Source of the DNA: a virus
DNA: 64,000 nt
Virus record (IMG/VR): IMGVR_UViG_2912865023_000006
Location: 3,291 to 67,290 of that record
Direction: 5' to 3' (one strand)
Position 1 is the first letter of the stretch. The number at the start of each line of letters is the position of its first letter. Below are positions 1-10,700 of this stretch, one piece after another. The notes below the pieces were generated by a model that saw only the letters and a list, made by a program, of their open reading frames with translations, searched no databases and was not told the origin of the DNA. The translations under genes and the position numbers were made by a program.

Positions 1-618
1 TGCTTGTAACTTCGCCATACTGACGCCTGTTTTCACCGCAATTTCGGACAAAGTATCGCCGCTCTTTACGGTGTATGTCGACCCGGATGTTTTGGTTGGC
101 TTGTTTACGGAAGACTTACCGCCAAGTGCTTTAAGTTCCGCTGCGATTGCCGCTTTTACGGCTTCCCAACGGCCTTCCGCTAACACACGGTGCGGGCAGT
201 ATTTGCCGGACCAGTCTTGGTGTTTGCGCAGACGGTCAACGCCCCATCCGCGTTCCTTCAGCAATTGCGCAATAAATTTGATCGCCAGTTTTTCGGCTGC
301 TTCGTACTTGGCGCCGCCTGATTTCGAGTAGCATACCTCGACACCAATAGACGTCCGGTTTCCAGAGTTAGGACCACTTCCGTCTCCGCAGTGAAAAGCG
401 TTACGGTCTGTCGGGATGCCTTGAACAACCTCTTTGTCGTCTACCGCGAAATGATAACTCGTTGAACTTGTGTTACCGATCATATACCGGATCTCCGCAT
501 CCGCCGAAGCATCGTTGGCCGTATTATGGAACGTGATGTACTTCGCATCCATTGAATATGGGCACTTTAAATCGCACTCTCCGGATGAAACAAGATTCTT
601 ACGTACTGAAATCGCCAT
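1..618 (-). CDS. Endolysin, N-acetylmuramoyl-L-alanine amidase (CwlA/XlyA-like Amidase_2) with LysM; 3' end runs off the window
   Basis: Not in the ORF track. Manual translation from ATG at 618 gives MAISVRKNLVSS...YITFHNTANDASADAEIRYM...SYHFAVDDKEVVQGIP...SIGVEVCYS...KHQDWSGKYCPHRVL...TYTVKSGDTLSEIA. RBS GGGGA upstream. Confidence 0.95.
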   Translation of the reverse strand, partial: MAISVRKNLVSSGECDLKCPYSMDAKYITFHNTANDASADAEIRYMIGNTSSTSYHFAVDDKEVVQGIPTDRNAFHCGDGSGPNSGNRTSIGVEVCYSKSGGAKYEAAEKLAIKFIAQLLKERGWGVDRLRKHQDWSGKYCPHRVLAEGRWEAVKAAIAAELKALGGKSSVNKPTKTSGSTYTVKSGDTLSEIAVKTGVSMAKLQA

Positions 619-649
619 TAAATCGTCCCCTTTTCGTTTTTTTTGCGTT

Positions 650-683
650 AAAAAAGCCCGCCGGGACTCTCACCTGACGGGCG
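650..683 (-). terminator. Intrinsic terminator-like hairpin between holin and endolysin
   Basis: Minus strand GCCCGTCAGG-tgagagt-CCCGGCGGGC followed by TTTTTT. Confidence 0.6.
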
Positions 684-699
684 TGTTGCGTTAATTCGA

Positions 700-909
700 T
701 TATTCTCTTCCGCGAAATTTTTCTTCGAGCCTATCGATCTTGTCGATGATGACGTCGTACTTATCGCTAAATTTATCGAGTAGATCTTGTAGCCGCGATT
801 CACGCTCCCTGTTCGACTTCATTACGTAAATCAGCAGCCACGTAAAAAGGACCGCGAACGGTCCCTGCGTTAAAAAATATTTGAGTACGTCTAATTCGCC
901 GCCGTTCAA
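700..909 (-). CDS. bhlA: BhlA/UviB-family holin-like peptide
   Basis: 69 aa, single TM segment with QGPFAVLFTWLLIYV motif, directly upstream of the amidase. Confidence 0.85.
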   Translation of the reverse strand: MNGGELDVLKYFLTQGPFAVLFTWLLIYVMKSNRERESRLQDLLDKFSDKYDVIIDKIDRLEEKFRGRE

Positions 910-912
910 TAA

Positions 913-1101
913 CTACGCCCCCTGTCCGCCTGTTTCTTCCGAAGGTTCTTCGATAGGAGGCTTGTTTGGATCGTAAACATCCCCGGTGATTTTCTCGTAT
1001 TCTTCCGGTGTTATCCGGCCAGCTCCGACAGTATCGTGAACTTGCTTTTTCGTCCAGAGGCCGGCGTCATAAAGATTTTTGATACGGAGATACCAAGTCA
1101 T
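913..1101 (-). CDS. XkdX-family protein
   Basis: IKNLYDAGLWTKKQV...GRITPEEYEKITG pattern; position before the holin. Confidence 0.85.
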   Translation of the reverse strand: MTWYLRIKNLYDAGLWTKKQVHDTVGAGRITPEEYEKITGDVYDPNKPPIEEPSEETGGQGA

Positions 1102-1371
1102 TTAGTTTCCTCCCGTCGCGATAAGATAATATAAATCCGCTATCTGCTTTTGAAGATTCTCGATTTCATTCGGAGCCGGCGGATCGGGCTTAATGCTCTC
1201 TTTGTATTCCTCCGTCGCTGCCTCAACCCATACGTTTCTTTTCTTATCGAATCGCGGTGAGATAATCGACGGATCGGGTAATACGTCCGTACTGTTTGGC
1301 GGCAGCACTTCTACATCGATATCTTCTTCGCCGGCATAGTCGAAATTTTTGTCGTAGTATAAAACGTGCAT
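1102..1371 (-). CDS. Small tail-fibre-associated protein (XkdW-like position)
   Basis: ORF track 1102..1392; start moved to MHVLYYD behind a GGAGA RBS; synteny between fibre gene and xkdX. Confidence 0.6.
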   Translation of the reverse strand: MHVLYYDKNFDYAGEEDIDVEVLPPNSTDVLPDPSIISPRFDKKRNVWVEAATEEYKESIKPDPPAPNEIENLQKQIADLYYLIATGGN

Positions 1372-1385
1372 TCTGATTTCCTCCT

Positions 1386-2822
1386 TTACCATAATGGGAT
1401 ACCGATATTAAAGGACACACGCGTAACGCTAGCCGAGTCGGTTGCGGAAAGCCCATCGAACCGTAATTCGCCGTCCGTCGTAAATGCAAACCGCGCAGTC
1501 CCGTAAGACCCGATCGTAGGTACAACGAAATCTACGAGCTGCGTCGGCTTATACGTGAATTTCGCTACCGTCGTACCGGCGGCCGGGAGCGAGCCGAATG
1601 TGCCTCGCAGTTTAATTTCGTTATTCGCAACGGAAAACTTGAACGGATAGCTAGCGTTTTGCTGCGCGCCGTTGATCAAGGTAACGTTATTCCACGTCGC
1701 AACCCACGGACTATTCCACTTATCTTTATCCGCCTGTACGACGTGAATGTCCGTTCTGTTGGCGTGAGCATCTACCTTTGACTGCGCCCCCTCTACCGAT
1801 TCAAGCTCGCGCCATGACGTCCATGACTCCGAGCTCGCGACCTTATTACGCATAAATTTCCGCCGGCCCGAAGACGTCGAATCGTTACTGCTATAGGACG
1901 TGTATTCCTGATATGCGTACGTGCTGTAGTTATTGACGATAAGATATCCGTTGTTATTTATCGGGGCGTTTAATGCCGTCGTTGCACCGCTCATATAATA
2001 GAAGCCGGTATCTATCACCGTATTAAAATCGACGCCAGTCATGTACTTTGCCGCGCCAGTATCTTGCGTCAATTTAAACAACTGCGAACCGTTCCATTTG
2101 TCCTTCTCAACCTGCGAAGTATGACGGATGCTATCGGAATCATGGGCCCGGAATTGGTCGAGAGGCGCCTGCTTAACGTTGTCTACGTTATTAAGTCCGA
2201 TCTGATCCTTCGTCACTGAGTGCGGATTATCAGTCCGATCTGCGTGTTCGTCTGTGTACGCTTTACTGTCCATAAGAGCCTTATCGGCTTTTTCTTGCGC
2301 TCCTGCTTTCGTTTCAATATTTTCGAGGTCTTCGAATTTCTTGCGCAGCTCTTCGATGGTTTCAATGGCTTCGTCATACAGTTCGTTTACCTTTGCGATC
2401 AAAGCCTCGAAGTCATCGATATAATACTCCGCAATAGGAACAATATCCGTATCAATCAGTGCCTTGTCGATAGTGAACGAAAATTTATGAACGGAGAGCG
2501 CCTGTTTATTCGCGTAATAGAGATTAAGCTCTGCTCGCACGTCGCCGTAGTGGCGAATCTCCTCGGACGATAAAACGTGCTGCGCGATGCCTTCGACTTT
2601 ATCCACGATCTCTACGTTTTTTATAAACCGACTGCCGTCCGCCATGAACATAACGAGCTTCCCGGTAACAGCAGACAACGGTAACGGGACGCCGTCCTTT
2701 GTTAACGAGAAGATTAAACGCGCCGTATCGATGTCTTGCGTGCTGAACTGTATGGCAGTTTTAATATTCGTTTTTGTCCAGCTCGTTACCTCAAACGCAA
2801 GGGGTGCGTTATTGTATATCAC
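1386..2822 (-). CDS. BppU-family baseplate upper protein / tail fibre
   Basis: N-terminal DUF2479/BppU-like FSTQDIDTARLIF region, coiled coil, HxxxxDNPH repeats, fibre-like C-terminus. Confidence 0.8.
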   Translation of the reverse strand: MIYNNAPLAFEVTSWTKTNIKTAIQFSTQDIDTARLIFSLTKDGVPLPLSAVTGKLVMFMADGSRFIKNVEIVDKVEGIAQHVLSSEEIRHYGDVRAELNLYYANKQALSVHKFSFTIDKALIDTDIVPIAEYYIDDFEALIAKVNELYDEAIETIEELRKKFEDLENIETKAGAQEKADKALMDSKAYTDEHADRTDNPHSVTKDQIGLNNVDNVKQAPLDQFRAHDSDSIRHTSQVEKDKWNGSQLFKLTQDTGAAKYMTGVDFNTVIDTGFYYMSGATTALNAPINNNGYLIVNNYSTYAYQEYTSYSSNDSTSSGRRKFMRNKVASSESWTSWRELESVEGAQSKVDAHANRTDIHVVQADKDKWNSPWVATWNNVTLINGAQQNASYPFKFSVANNEIKLRGTFGSLPAAGTTVAKFTYKPTQLVDFVVPTIGSYGTARFAFTTDGELRFDGLSATDSASVTRVSFNIGIPLW

Positions 2823-2835
2823 TGCAAAACCTCCT

Positions 2836-5397
2836 TTACCGCATAAAAATAACGGCTACACCGTATCCCTTTTCGGAATCGTAAGCCGTCTCAATTCGCA
2901 TTACTTTAAAGCCGTCATTGTCCGCTGTTTTCGTTGCAATACCGTCGGCGCCCGCCGTAACTCTATCGCCTACTCTGACTGTGTCGTCAATGCGTACGTG
3001 TATTTGCCCGATAAGCCCGACGATATGCCATTCCATGCGTTCATCACGCGGAATATATTCGAGAGTCGGATCGTAGTTCGGATTCTCTTTCGGTACAGTC
3101 AGCTCGCGACCATTCTCGATGATTGTTTCGTAGATCATGCCGCCAAACTCGTTACGTAAGAACCGATCATTCCAGTAAAAACCCGCGCCTCCCAATACAA
3201 CGCCCGCAGTTTCAGATATAATGCCGTCCACGCTGTCTCCTGGCTGTGCTTTTCGGATTTTATCGCCTTCGAGCGTTACCATGAGACCGGAATCAATTCT
3301 ATGTCCGTCCAGTGACTCGAAGTATTCCGCGACGTCTTTAAAGTCTGAAACACTTTCGACCCGGCCGACGCCCTGAATGTTACCGTTCATGGAGTCGATC
3401 TTCCATTTGATGTTCCCTGCGGATGCTTCGCCAGAACCATATCCGCCTACAACCGTATAACCGTCATCGTTTATTACGGACTGTGACGATAAGATGGTCC
3501 GGGCCGGGCCGTCGCCCTTTGTATGAGAATTATTCGTTGCGAGAATAGCCTGTCGTGACCCTTCAGTCGATGAGCCTCCCGAAACGCCGCCCATAAAGTT
3601 TCTAGGCCCTTTCGCAACATTCGCTCCCGTAGCCGCAATGATCGCGCTCGTCGGATCTAAAGGTGATCCGCTTGTGGTGGCGCCTTTGAATCCACCTTTA
3701 AAATTCGTAGGGACAACGCTATACGAACGCCCTCCGAGATTTGCCGCAGATGCATACCCAACCGCGTTAATTGCTGCAAGTTCTACTTGGTTGTTCGGAG
3801 AATAAACGCCCATCTCACCACTATCCCCGATCAATGTGGCGCCAATCAGAGAAGCGTTATAAACCCCGCCACCGAACGAAACCCCGATAGGCGAAGATTC
3901 AGAAATTGTAACACCGGATAGCTGTACATAATCCGTTCTTTGCGCGCCGCCAAAAGCTCGTATGTCGTGGCTGGCCGTCTTAAAACCTCGAATCTTAATT
4001 CCATCAACGTTGATATAGCTAGATTTAAATTGAAACGCGACTACCGGGTTGGCCTTGTAATCGTATTGCGGATCGCCGATCGCAGTAAAATTAGAAATTT
4101 GAACGTGCTTATAGGCTGAGATAACCAGCGCTCTCGGAGAAATATCTGCGTATAAACTATTAAAGACGGGTTCAATTGACGTGCAATTTGCGAATGTCAC
4201 ATGATACGCAGATGTACTCTCAGGATCAGTCTCGCTATGATGGGCGATGTGTCTTGCATCGTAAGAACGAACGTCCCTATAAGAAACATGATTCGTCACA
4301 TGGATGTTTTGCGATGCCGGCCATTCTTTGTGCGCCTTTACTTCGACGCCTCGAATGTTTCCGCTCGTATAACAGCCGTCTACCCAAACATTTTTTGACC
4401 CGTCATCAATTTCGATCCCATTCGAATTAGCAGCACCTGCCGGGTGCGCCTTTCCGCTAGGGTTCATACAATGCGAATTTGAAATGAAAATGTATTCGCT
4501 ATAATGTGTCGTAATCCCATCGTCACCGTAACCGGACGCAACGCAGTTATCCAGCCAAACGTAATATGATCCGTCAGCCGTATAATTTTCCGCAGTATTG
4601 TCGTATGTCGGAGCCGTTATATCGAAGCCGTGTAGGCCGGGGTTTACCGCCTCTACGTCCTTAATCCAACCGAATTTTACTTTCGCGAAAGTTAAGCAGC
4701 TCGAATTTATACCGCCCGTCGCAGTCACGCCGCCTTGTCTATCCGGGTTCCAATCGAGCGTCATCCCCTCTACGTAGATATTGCGGTTTCCCCCGGCATG
4801 ATCAGCGTTCGTAATAACCCACTCGCTGGCCGGCGTATCTTCATGTAACTTCAGCGTGGTAACGCCTTTTCCTTGACCGATAAGATACGTCCATGATGGG
4901 AGTTTAGCGCCTTTGATGACGTATTCTCCCGCTGATAAATTAAGGCGCACCTTGCCATTACCGAGGGCCCTTACGAAAGCATCCGTACTATCCGTTTCAC
5001 CAGTAGGATCGGCGCCATAATCGTCCACGTTTACGTTGCGTTGGATCTTTCGGAGCAACTTGTAATACTCTTTATCGAGCCGCTCTTTTAATAGAGGTTC
5101 GATGTTACCTTCCGCATCGACGCGGGCGTCTACCACCTCTTTTACGTTCGTTCCGTCTGCGTTAAGAATCAAGTTTTTTATACGGTTATACAGACCGTCT
5201 ATATATGTGCGCAAAGAAAACCCGCTATGGTCAATCTGATCTGACGTATGGGCATGTTCTGCGGTCTTATGGCGGCTCAAATCGTTACTCAGATCGAGCA
5301 TGTCGTTGCCGATGTCTTCGAGGTTTTGGTTGTAGTTCTTGATATACTGACGGTCAAATCCGCTAGTATCAGCTTTCTTATATGAATATTTCCCCAT
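2836..5397 (-). CDS. Tail spike / pre-neck-appendage-like protein with beta-helix and peptidase G2 autocleaving chaperone domain
   Basis: VNVDDYGADPTG beta-helix start, C-terminal DVAEYFE motif and GLIGQIHVR as in phi29 gp12-type proteins. Confidence 0.85.
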   Translation of the reverse strand: MGKYSYKKADTSGFDRQYIKNYNQNLEDIGNDMLDLSNDLSRHKTAEHAHTSDQIDHSGFSLRTYIDGLYNRIKNLILNADGTNVKEVVDARVDAEGNIEPLLKERLDKEYYKLLRKIQRNVNVDDYGADPTGETDSTDAFVRALGNGKVRLNLSAGEYVIKGAKLPSWTYLIGQGKGVTTLKLHEDTPASEWVITNADHAGGNRNIYVEGMTLDWNPDRQGGVTATGGINSSCLTFAKVKFGWIKDVEAVNPGLHGFDITAPTYDNTAENYTADGSYYVWLDNCVASGYGDDGITTHYSEYIFISNSHCMNPSGKAHPAGAANSNGIEIDDGSKNVWVDGCYTSGNIRGVEVKAHKEWPASQNIHVTNHVSYRDVRSYDARHIAHHSETDPESTSAYHVTFANCTSIEPVFNSLYADISPRALVISAYKHVQISNFTAIGDPQYDYKANPVVAFQFKSSYINVDGIKIRGFKTASHDIRAFGGAQRTDYVQLSGVTISESSPIGVSFGGGVYNASLIGATLIGDSGEMGVYSPNNQVELAAINAVGYASAANLGGRSYSVVPTNFKGGFKGATTSGSPLDPTSAIIAATGANVAKGPRNFMGGVSGGSSTEGSRQAILATNNSHTKGDGPARTILSSQSVINDDGYTVVGGYGSGEASAGNIKWKIDSMNGNIQGVGRVESVSDFKDVAEYFESLDGHRIDSGLMVTLEGDKIRKAQPGDSVDGIISETAGVVLGGAGFYWNDRFLRNEFGGMIYETIIENGRELTVPKENPNYDPTLEYIPRDERMEWHIVGLIGQIHVRIDDTVRVGDRVTAGADGIATKTADNDGFKVMRIETAYDSEKGYGVAVIFMR

Positions 5398-5411
5398 GCG
5401 CTCACCTCCGT

Positions 5412-6941
5412 TTAGTTCGCTTTAAATTGTGTGTTGATTGCTATAAAAGCGTTCGCAGTTGTATTCGTGCTGCTTTCGATGCAAACATCGCCGTTCGTTT
5501 TTATAACACCGGTATAAATAAAACCAACGCCCGCCGATCCGGTAAAGTGATGCGGATAAGCTGGCCGAAAACCTGCCGGCAGTGTGTAAACCGGTGTTGT
5601 CAGTCCGAGGGTTCCGCCTTTTGCAACGCCCCGCAATACCACCGTTCCGACCATATCCTTACCGTACTGAACCGTATAACTTCCGGAAGCATCAGTGTAT
5701 TGCGTCCATCCATTTTTAAACGTCGGAGCCGTCCACGTTATATTCGTTAGTCGCGCTTCTAGTGCGGCCGCCGCTCCTCCGGCTTCCTTAGAGTCCCACG
5801 TTAATTTTTGCGCTGCAGTTACGTGTATGTCCGTGTTTTTTACGTGCGCATCTAAATCGCTCTTTAGCGCTAATCCTGCCGTATTAAGCGCGCTCGCCTT
5901 AATCGTACCTGTCGAAGGATCGATTACTTTATCAACCGTTTTCTTAGTCGTATCAAAGTCCGCGATTAAGTCCGAAGCCTTTTTCGTAACTGACCCGAAT
6001 GTAAATACCGGCGGCTTTTTATCGTTTGAATAGTCTTCGATAGTTAAGACACGCAGTTGAACGTTTATATCAAACGGTTCAATAACGCACCATAAATAAT
6101 CGCCTTTTCTTACGTCTGCAAAGCCCATGTTCGCGAGTTCAATAGCCGTGAATGTAAGCGATATTTCCATACTGTCGCCAAGTTTGCTTTTCATCTCCGC
6201 AAGTAACGAAGCTTTATCCGTAAATCTCTCGTCCTTTACCGGCTCAGCGTGCTTTATACCGTAGATCGATGCTAAGGGACTTGTATACTCCGCCTGGACA
6301 ACATAGGTGCCGTCATCTCTTTGCTTACCGTAGCCTCGAATATATGTCGCAAAGCTACTCGTATCTATTTCTTTCTCCGGTTGACTGACGTTAAATTTAT
6401 GACGCAGGAAAGGTTCGTCTTTTTTGCTTCCGATCTTTTTCGCAATATAAATACGCTTTCCGACATAATCAAATTCTGCGCCGAATTTTTCGAGAATGCT
6501 TCGCAGTAAAGCTAGCGAATTATCCCATCCGAAGTTCTGAACTTCGACTGATGTCGGTAAGTCCGTATTATCCACTTCGTACGTATAGCCGGTACCTTTT
6601 AACGCAAAATCGAGCATCGCATCTATTCGCAACGTGCCCGATTTCTCCTCGTAAATTCGATAGTTTATCAAGTCGTCAAATATCCGATGAAGCGCCGTCA
6701 CCTCGACACCTACACCGTTTTTAAACGTCTTCTCCTTGTGCGTTTTGATAATGTATTCTTCGTCTTTGTAAATAAGGATGTTTTCGTTTTTAACAAGTTT
6801 GTATCCGTATTGATTTAGCTCGGTTTTATATCCCGTTACGTTTAACGTTTTTTCGCCTTCGATTCCGTTACTACGCGTAGTAAAGAAGCTCGGCAAAGGT
6901 TCTGCGATTCCCGATATATCTTTTACTGCTAAAATAGCCAT
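5412..6941 (-). CDS. Tail-associated (Tal/prophage tail endopeptidase-like) protein
   Basis: Follows Dit; FATYIRGYGK and YGIKHAEPVKDERFT motifs; fibre-like C-terminal domain. Confidence 0.8.
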   Translation of the reverse strand: MAILAVKDISGIAEPLPSFFTTRSNGIEGEKTLNVTGYKTELNQYGYKLVKNENILIYKDEEYIIKTHKEKTFKNGVGVEVTALHRIFDDLINYRIYEEKSGTLRIDAMLDFALKGTGYTYEVDNTDLPTSVEVQNFGWDNSLALLRSILEKFGAEFDYVGKRIYIAKKIGSKKDEPFLRHKFNVSQPEKEIDTSSFATYIRGYGKQRDDGTYVVQAEYTSPLASIYGIKHAEPVKDERFTDKASLLAEMKSKLGDSMEISLTFTAIELANMGFADVRKGDYLWCVIEPFDINVQLRVLTIEDYSNDKKPPVFTFGSVTKKASDLIADFDTTKKTVDKVIDPSTGTIKASALNTAGLALKSDLDAHVKNTDIHVTAAQKLTWDSKEAGGAAAALEARLTNITWTAPTFKNGWTQYTDASGSYTVQYGKDMVGTVVLRGVAKGGTLGLTTPVYTLPAGFRPAYPHHFTGSAGVGFIYTGVIKTNGDVCIESSTNTTANAFIAINTQFKAN

Positions 6942-6952
6942 CGTCGCTGCAC

Positions 6953-7771
6953 CTACTTATACAAATAATGAAAATCGAAAGATATTTCGAAGCTTCCCAC
7001 CGTTCCGGAAAGTTCGATCTCGTTCCATCCGGGAGCAAGCGAAATGTAGCCTCGGTTCGTATTCGCGTATATGCTTGTGCCGTTCTTCAAATGCCGGAGG
7101 CCTTCGAGCTTCAGCACATCGGTTGATCCGGAGCTCCCTGAATAAGACACCGTTTGGGTAGTCGTTTTATTCGCGAGCTTAAAATTGGATGAAGCTCCTT
7201 CATAAACGATATCTAACGGTACGTCTTCGGCTGGATCAATTGTTACGTTGCCTGCGTTGTAAATTCGGAATCTGTTCGTTTTGTGTCGATACGATAAATC
7301 GTCCGAAGGTAGCAAACCTTGCGCGACTTGCCACTTATCGGAGTTAAATGTTAATGGGTCGAGCGTTGAACCTAAAGATGCCGCAAAAGGAAAAGCAGCC
7401 GTAAACTCAACCGTAAGTTTCCCGCTCCTAGGCGTGATGTCTTCCGGTTCGTACGTACTGCTTACTTTTACGGACCAAACCTTTCCGGGTTGGCGCGAAT
7501 CTATAATTTCCATTTCGTTCTGTGTCGCGAATAGATCGTATATCTCATCTAGTAACAAATGATAATCGAGATGATCCACGCCTTTAAAAAGAAAGACGGC
7601 CGTTAACTTCCGGATGTCGAATGTCGTACCTACATCGATTGATCCGTTGCGGCCGTCTATTTCCTGAAGATCTGTCCGATGGGTTAACGAGTCCTTTCGA
7701 AAACTAAGGAGCCGTAAACCGAAATTACGGTGATCGATCGTCTCACCGTTTTTTATAATTATCAGATGCAC
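6953..7771 (-). CDS. Distal tail protein (Dit)
   Basis: 272 aa directly after the tape measure; YISLAPGWNEI C-terminal motif. Confidence 0.85.
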   Translation of the reverse strand: MHLIIIKNGETIDHRNFGLRLLSFRKDSLTHRTDLQEIDGRNGSIDVGTTFDIRKLTAVFLFKGVDHLDYHLLLDEIYDLFATQNEMEIIDSRQPGKVWSVKVSSTYEPEDITPRSGKLTVEFTAAFPFAASLGSTLDPLTFNSDKWQVAQGLLPSDDLSYRHKTNRFRIYNAGNVTIDPAEDVPLDIVYEGASSNFKLANKTTTQTVSYSGSSGSTDVLKLEGLRHLKNGTSIYANTNRGYISLAPGWNEIELSGTVGSFEISFDFHYLYK

Positions 7772-10700
7772 TACCGATCACCCCTAAATAATCTTTTCAT
7801 CGTGGCTTGTTGCGCCTGAGAGCTGTCGACGTAGTTAGTTAAAGCATCCTTATCTACCCGTACGCTCGGATCTTTTTGCGCAATTATATTAAGCGTCGCT
7901 AAAGATCGTTGCTCCACGCTCACCAGCCGCTCAAGTAGATTCGCTACAACCGTCTGATCTGTTCCACTCTCTACGCCTAATTTCTTACCGGTTTCTTTAT
8001 AAAGTTGAAGCGCCCGCTGACGGTTATTCTTTAACGGGATGACTGCTTCCGGACCCTCTTCCGCAACCCAAGCGAGTTGCTTTTGCGTCACAATGTCGCC
8101 GATTTTGTAACCCTTGTAAGGGCCGCCGGCACGCATTGATTTAATTCCGGGTACATTGAAAACCGTTTTGTATCGTGAAATGATGTAGCGAATGGCTGCA
8201 ACCGCGTTGTGAACCGGATTCATGATGTCGCCCATGCCCTTCATTTTATACGCGTCAAACGTCGGTCTAATTGTCTGCATAAGACCCATCGACGGCGTTC
8301 CGCGCTTCCAGTTGCTATCCCATTTGTTGATCGTTGAAGGGCCGGTCCGTCCTCCGGATTCTTTCATTGCGATTGTTGTTAATGGGTTAAACCAACTACT
8401 CGGAACTTTTGTGACGGCCATCGCTTTACGAATCCACTGTTTTACGTTACCTGTCGCTTTTTCCCCACTTCCGAAGCCGCCGCCAAAATCATCGATCTGC
8501 TTCTTAACGAAACCGACCATTGACGATTTAATCTTTTCGTAAGACCCTTTCGCCAAACTGCCGAATGCCCCCGAAATTTCCGGAAGCTTTAGTCCGAGGC
8601 TGTTGACAACCTTCGAAACTAGCTTCTTCGGATCTGAAACGTAATCCCACACGTCAAATGCGAAGTCTTTGACTTTATTCACGGCGCCTTTCGCGACATT
8701 TACGACAGTGTCTTTTGCGCCCGAAACCGCATCAACCCCTCTTTCGAAAAGGTTTTTCTTTTTCGTCCCGTTCTTGAAGGCCGGAATGCCCTGCGCAATA
8801 AGCTTTTTCGTCATGCCGTGCGGAAGGACTTGAGTTCCTTTCGGTAAATTAAACAGCGTATCTCTGCCAGGACTTAGGCCGGTAAATCCGGAAGGTGTAC
8901 GGAATAATTCAGGGCCGCCGCCATCTCCGAGGATCGCTGGACCGCCAGGGTGTCCGCCTGATGCCGTACCTTTCGCATATCTAGGAATCTCTAATTTCGG
9001 GATGAAATACTTCTCATCGACGCCAATCAATCCGAGAACCTTATTGATACCTTCTTGCGTAAGTCCGTTTACGATACCTTCGATTCCGCCGATCATCTTA
9101 TTTCCGAGGGCTTTAACGCCATCTACCGCTTTGCCCGCCATGTTTTTAATTCCATCGCCTATCTTACCGGGAAGTTCTTTCGCATTTGTAACCATCTTGT
9201 CAAAAGTTTCAACCGCAAAATCTTTTATACGTTTAAAGAATTTTTTAGTATTTCCCCACAAAGAGTCCCAAGCATTTACCGCACCATCGACTACTTTTCC
9301 TGCCAGGTTTTTAACAGTTCCCCATATACTGTTCCATATACTCTTCAGAAATCCCCATATCGCATTAAAAACAGAAGAAGTTACAGACTTTATTAGGTTC
9401 CACGCAGTTGTAACAGCTAATAAAACTAAGTTAACGGCACCTTTTATAACAGAACCAATAATTGTCCACACGCTCTTCAGTATCCCTAAAACCGCATTCC
9501 AGACACCTTCCCAATCCCCTTTAAGTAAAGATGAGAACAGATTGATAATGTTTGTAACAATGCCCAGAGCGCCTTTTATTACACCAACAATAACAGGGAA
9601 TACTATCTGCACGACTTTGAGTATGAATTGTATTGCAGGTATCAAGACATTTTGAATTATAAAAGAAACAGTTTGAAGTATTGCTACAATAACTGGAACT
9701 GATGCTTGTATAACAGCCAAAACTATTGGAAATACTGCCTGCACTACACTAAGAATGAGTGGAAGTATATTAACTGCTAAATCATTTATTACTGAGGCGA
9801 ATAACTTAATTATCGTTAAGACAACTGGCATAACCGCTTGGATTATCGACAGAATAACTGGAAAAATCGTTTGAACTGCGCTCGATAGCAGTGGTAATAA
9901 AACGCTCGCAATTACTTGAATTACAGGAACAAGCGCTTTAATGATACTTAATATTGGTGGAAATACTGATTGAACAATGCTCAGTATCGGTGGAAGTAGT
10001 GACGTAAACCCTTGAACAAGTATCGGAATTACTGCCGTTACGATTTCTGTAACGACCTGTAACAACGTGCCTTGGACCTGCGCCCACACGCTTACTAGTC
10101 CACCAACCAAGCTTATGATTCCCGGAAGAACCTGCGCAAAAGCACCCGCCAATTCTCCGAGTAAAGGCGTAATTTGAACAACCGCATCCGAAAACGCAGC
10201 TCCTAAAGAACCCGCTAAGCTAACGAACGTCGTACCTAATTGCGCGAATGCTGGACCGAGCTCAGCCATTGCAGTACCTAAGTCCGCAAATGCCGGCTTT
10301 AACGTAGCAAGACTCGTAGCCATAACGTTCATTGTTTCCGCAAACTGTGGCGCTAGTTCAGCCGCGATCTCACCGAAGTATTGACTAAACGCGTCAAACA
10401 CCGGTTGCAACGCCGTCATTGCGCTACTAATAACGCTTGATACTTGCGTCCAAACAGTCGTAACCGAGTTGCGAAATTGTTCGTTCGATTGGTAAAGTCG
10501 GAACAAGAACCCGGTTAAGCTAACCAACGCTGTAATCGCAAATCCAATCGGTCCTGATACGCCCATTAACGCCAACCCAAACGCTGTGATCGTCGGCGCA
10601 ACGATAGAAATAACGCCGCTTACGCTTGAGAATGCTGTTTTAAGTTGCGCGAAGAAGATTCCGGCGGCTTCCGATACTTTAGCACCGACTCCTTGAGCGA

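Noticed and set aside
71-694. Plus-strand ORFs 71..331 and 470..694
   Set aside because: Shadows of the minus-strand amidase, which the track missed because it runs off the window.
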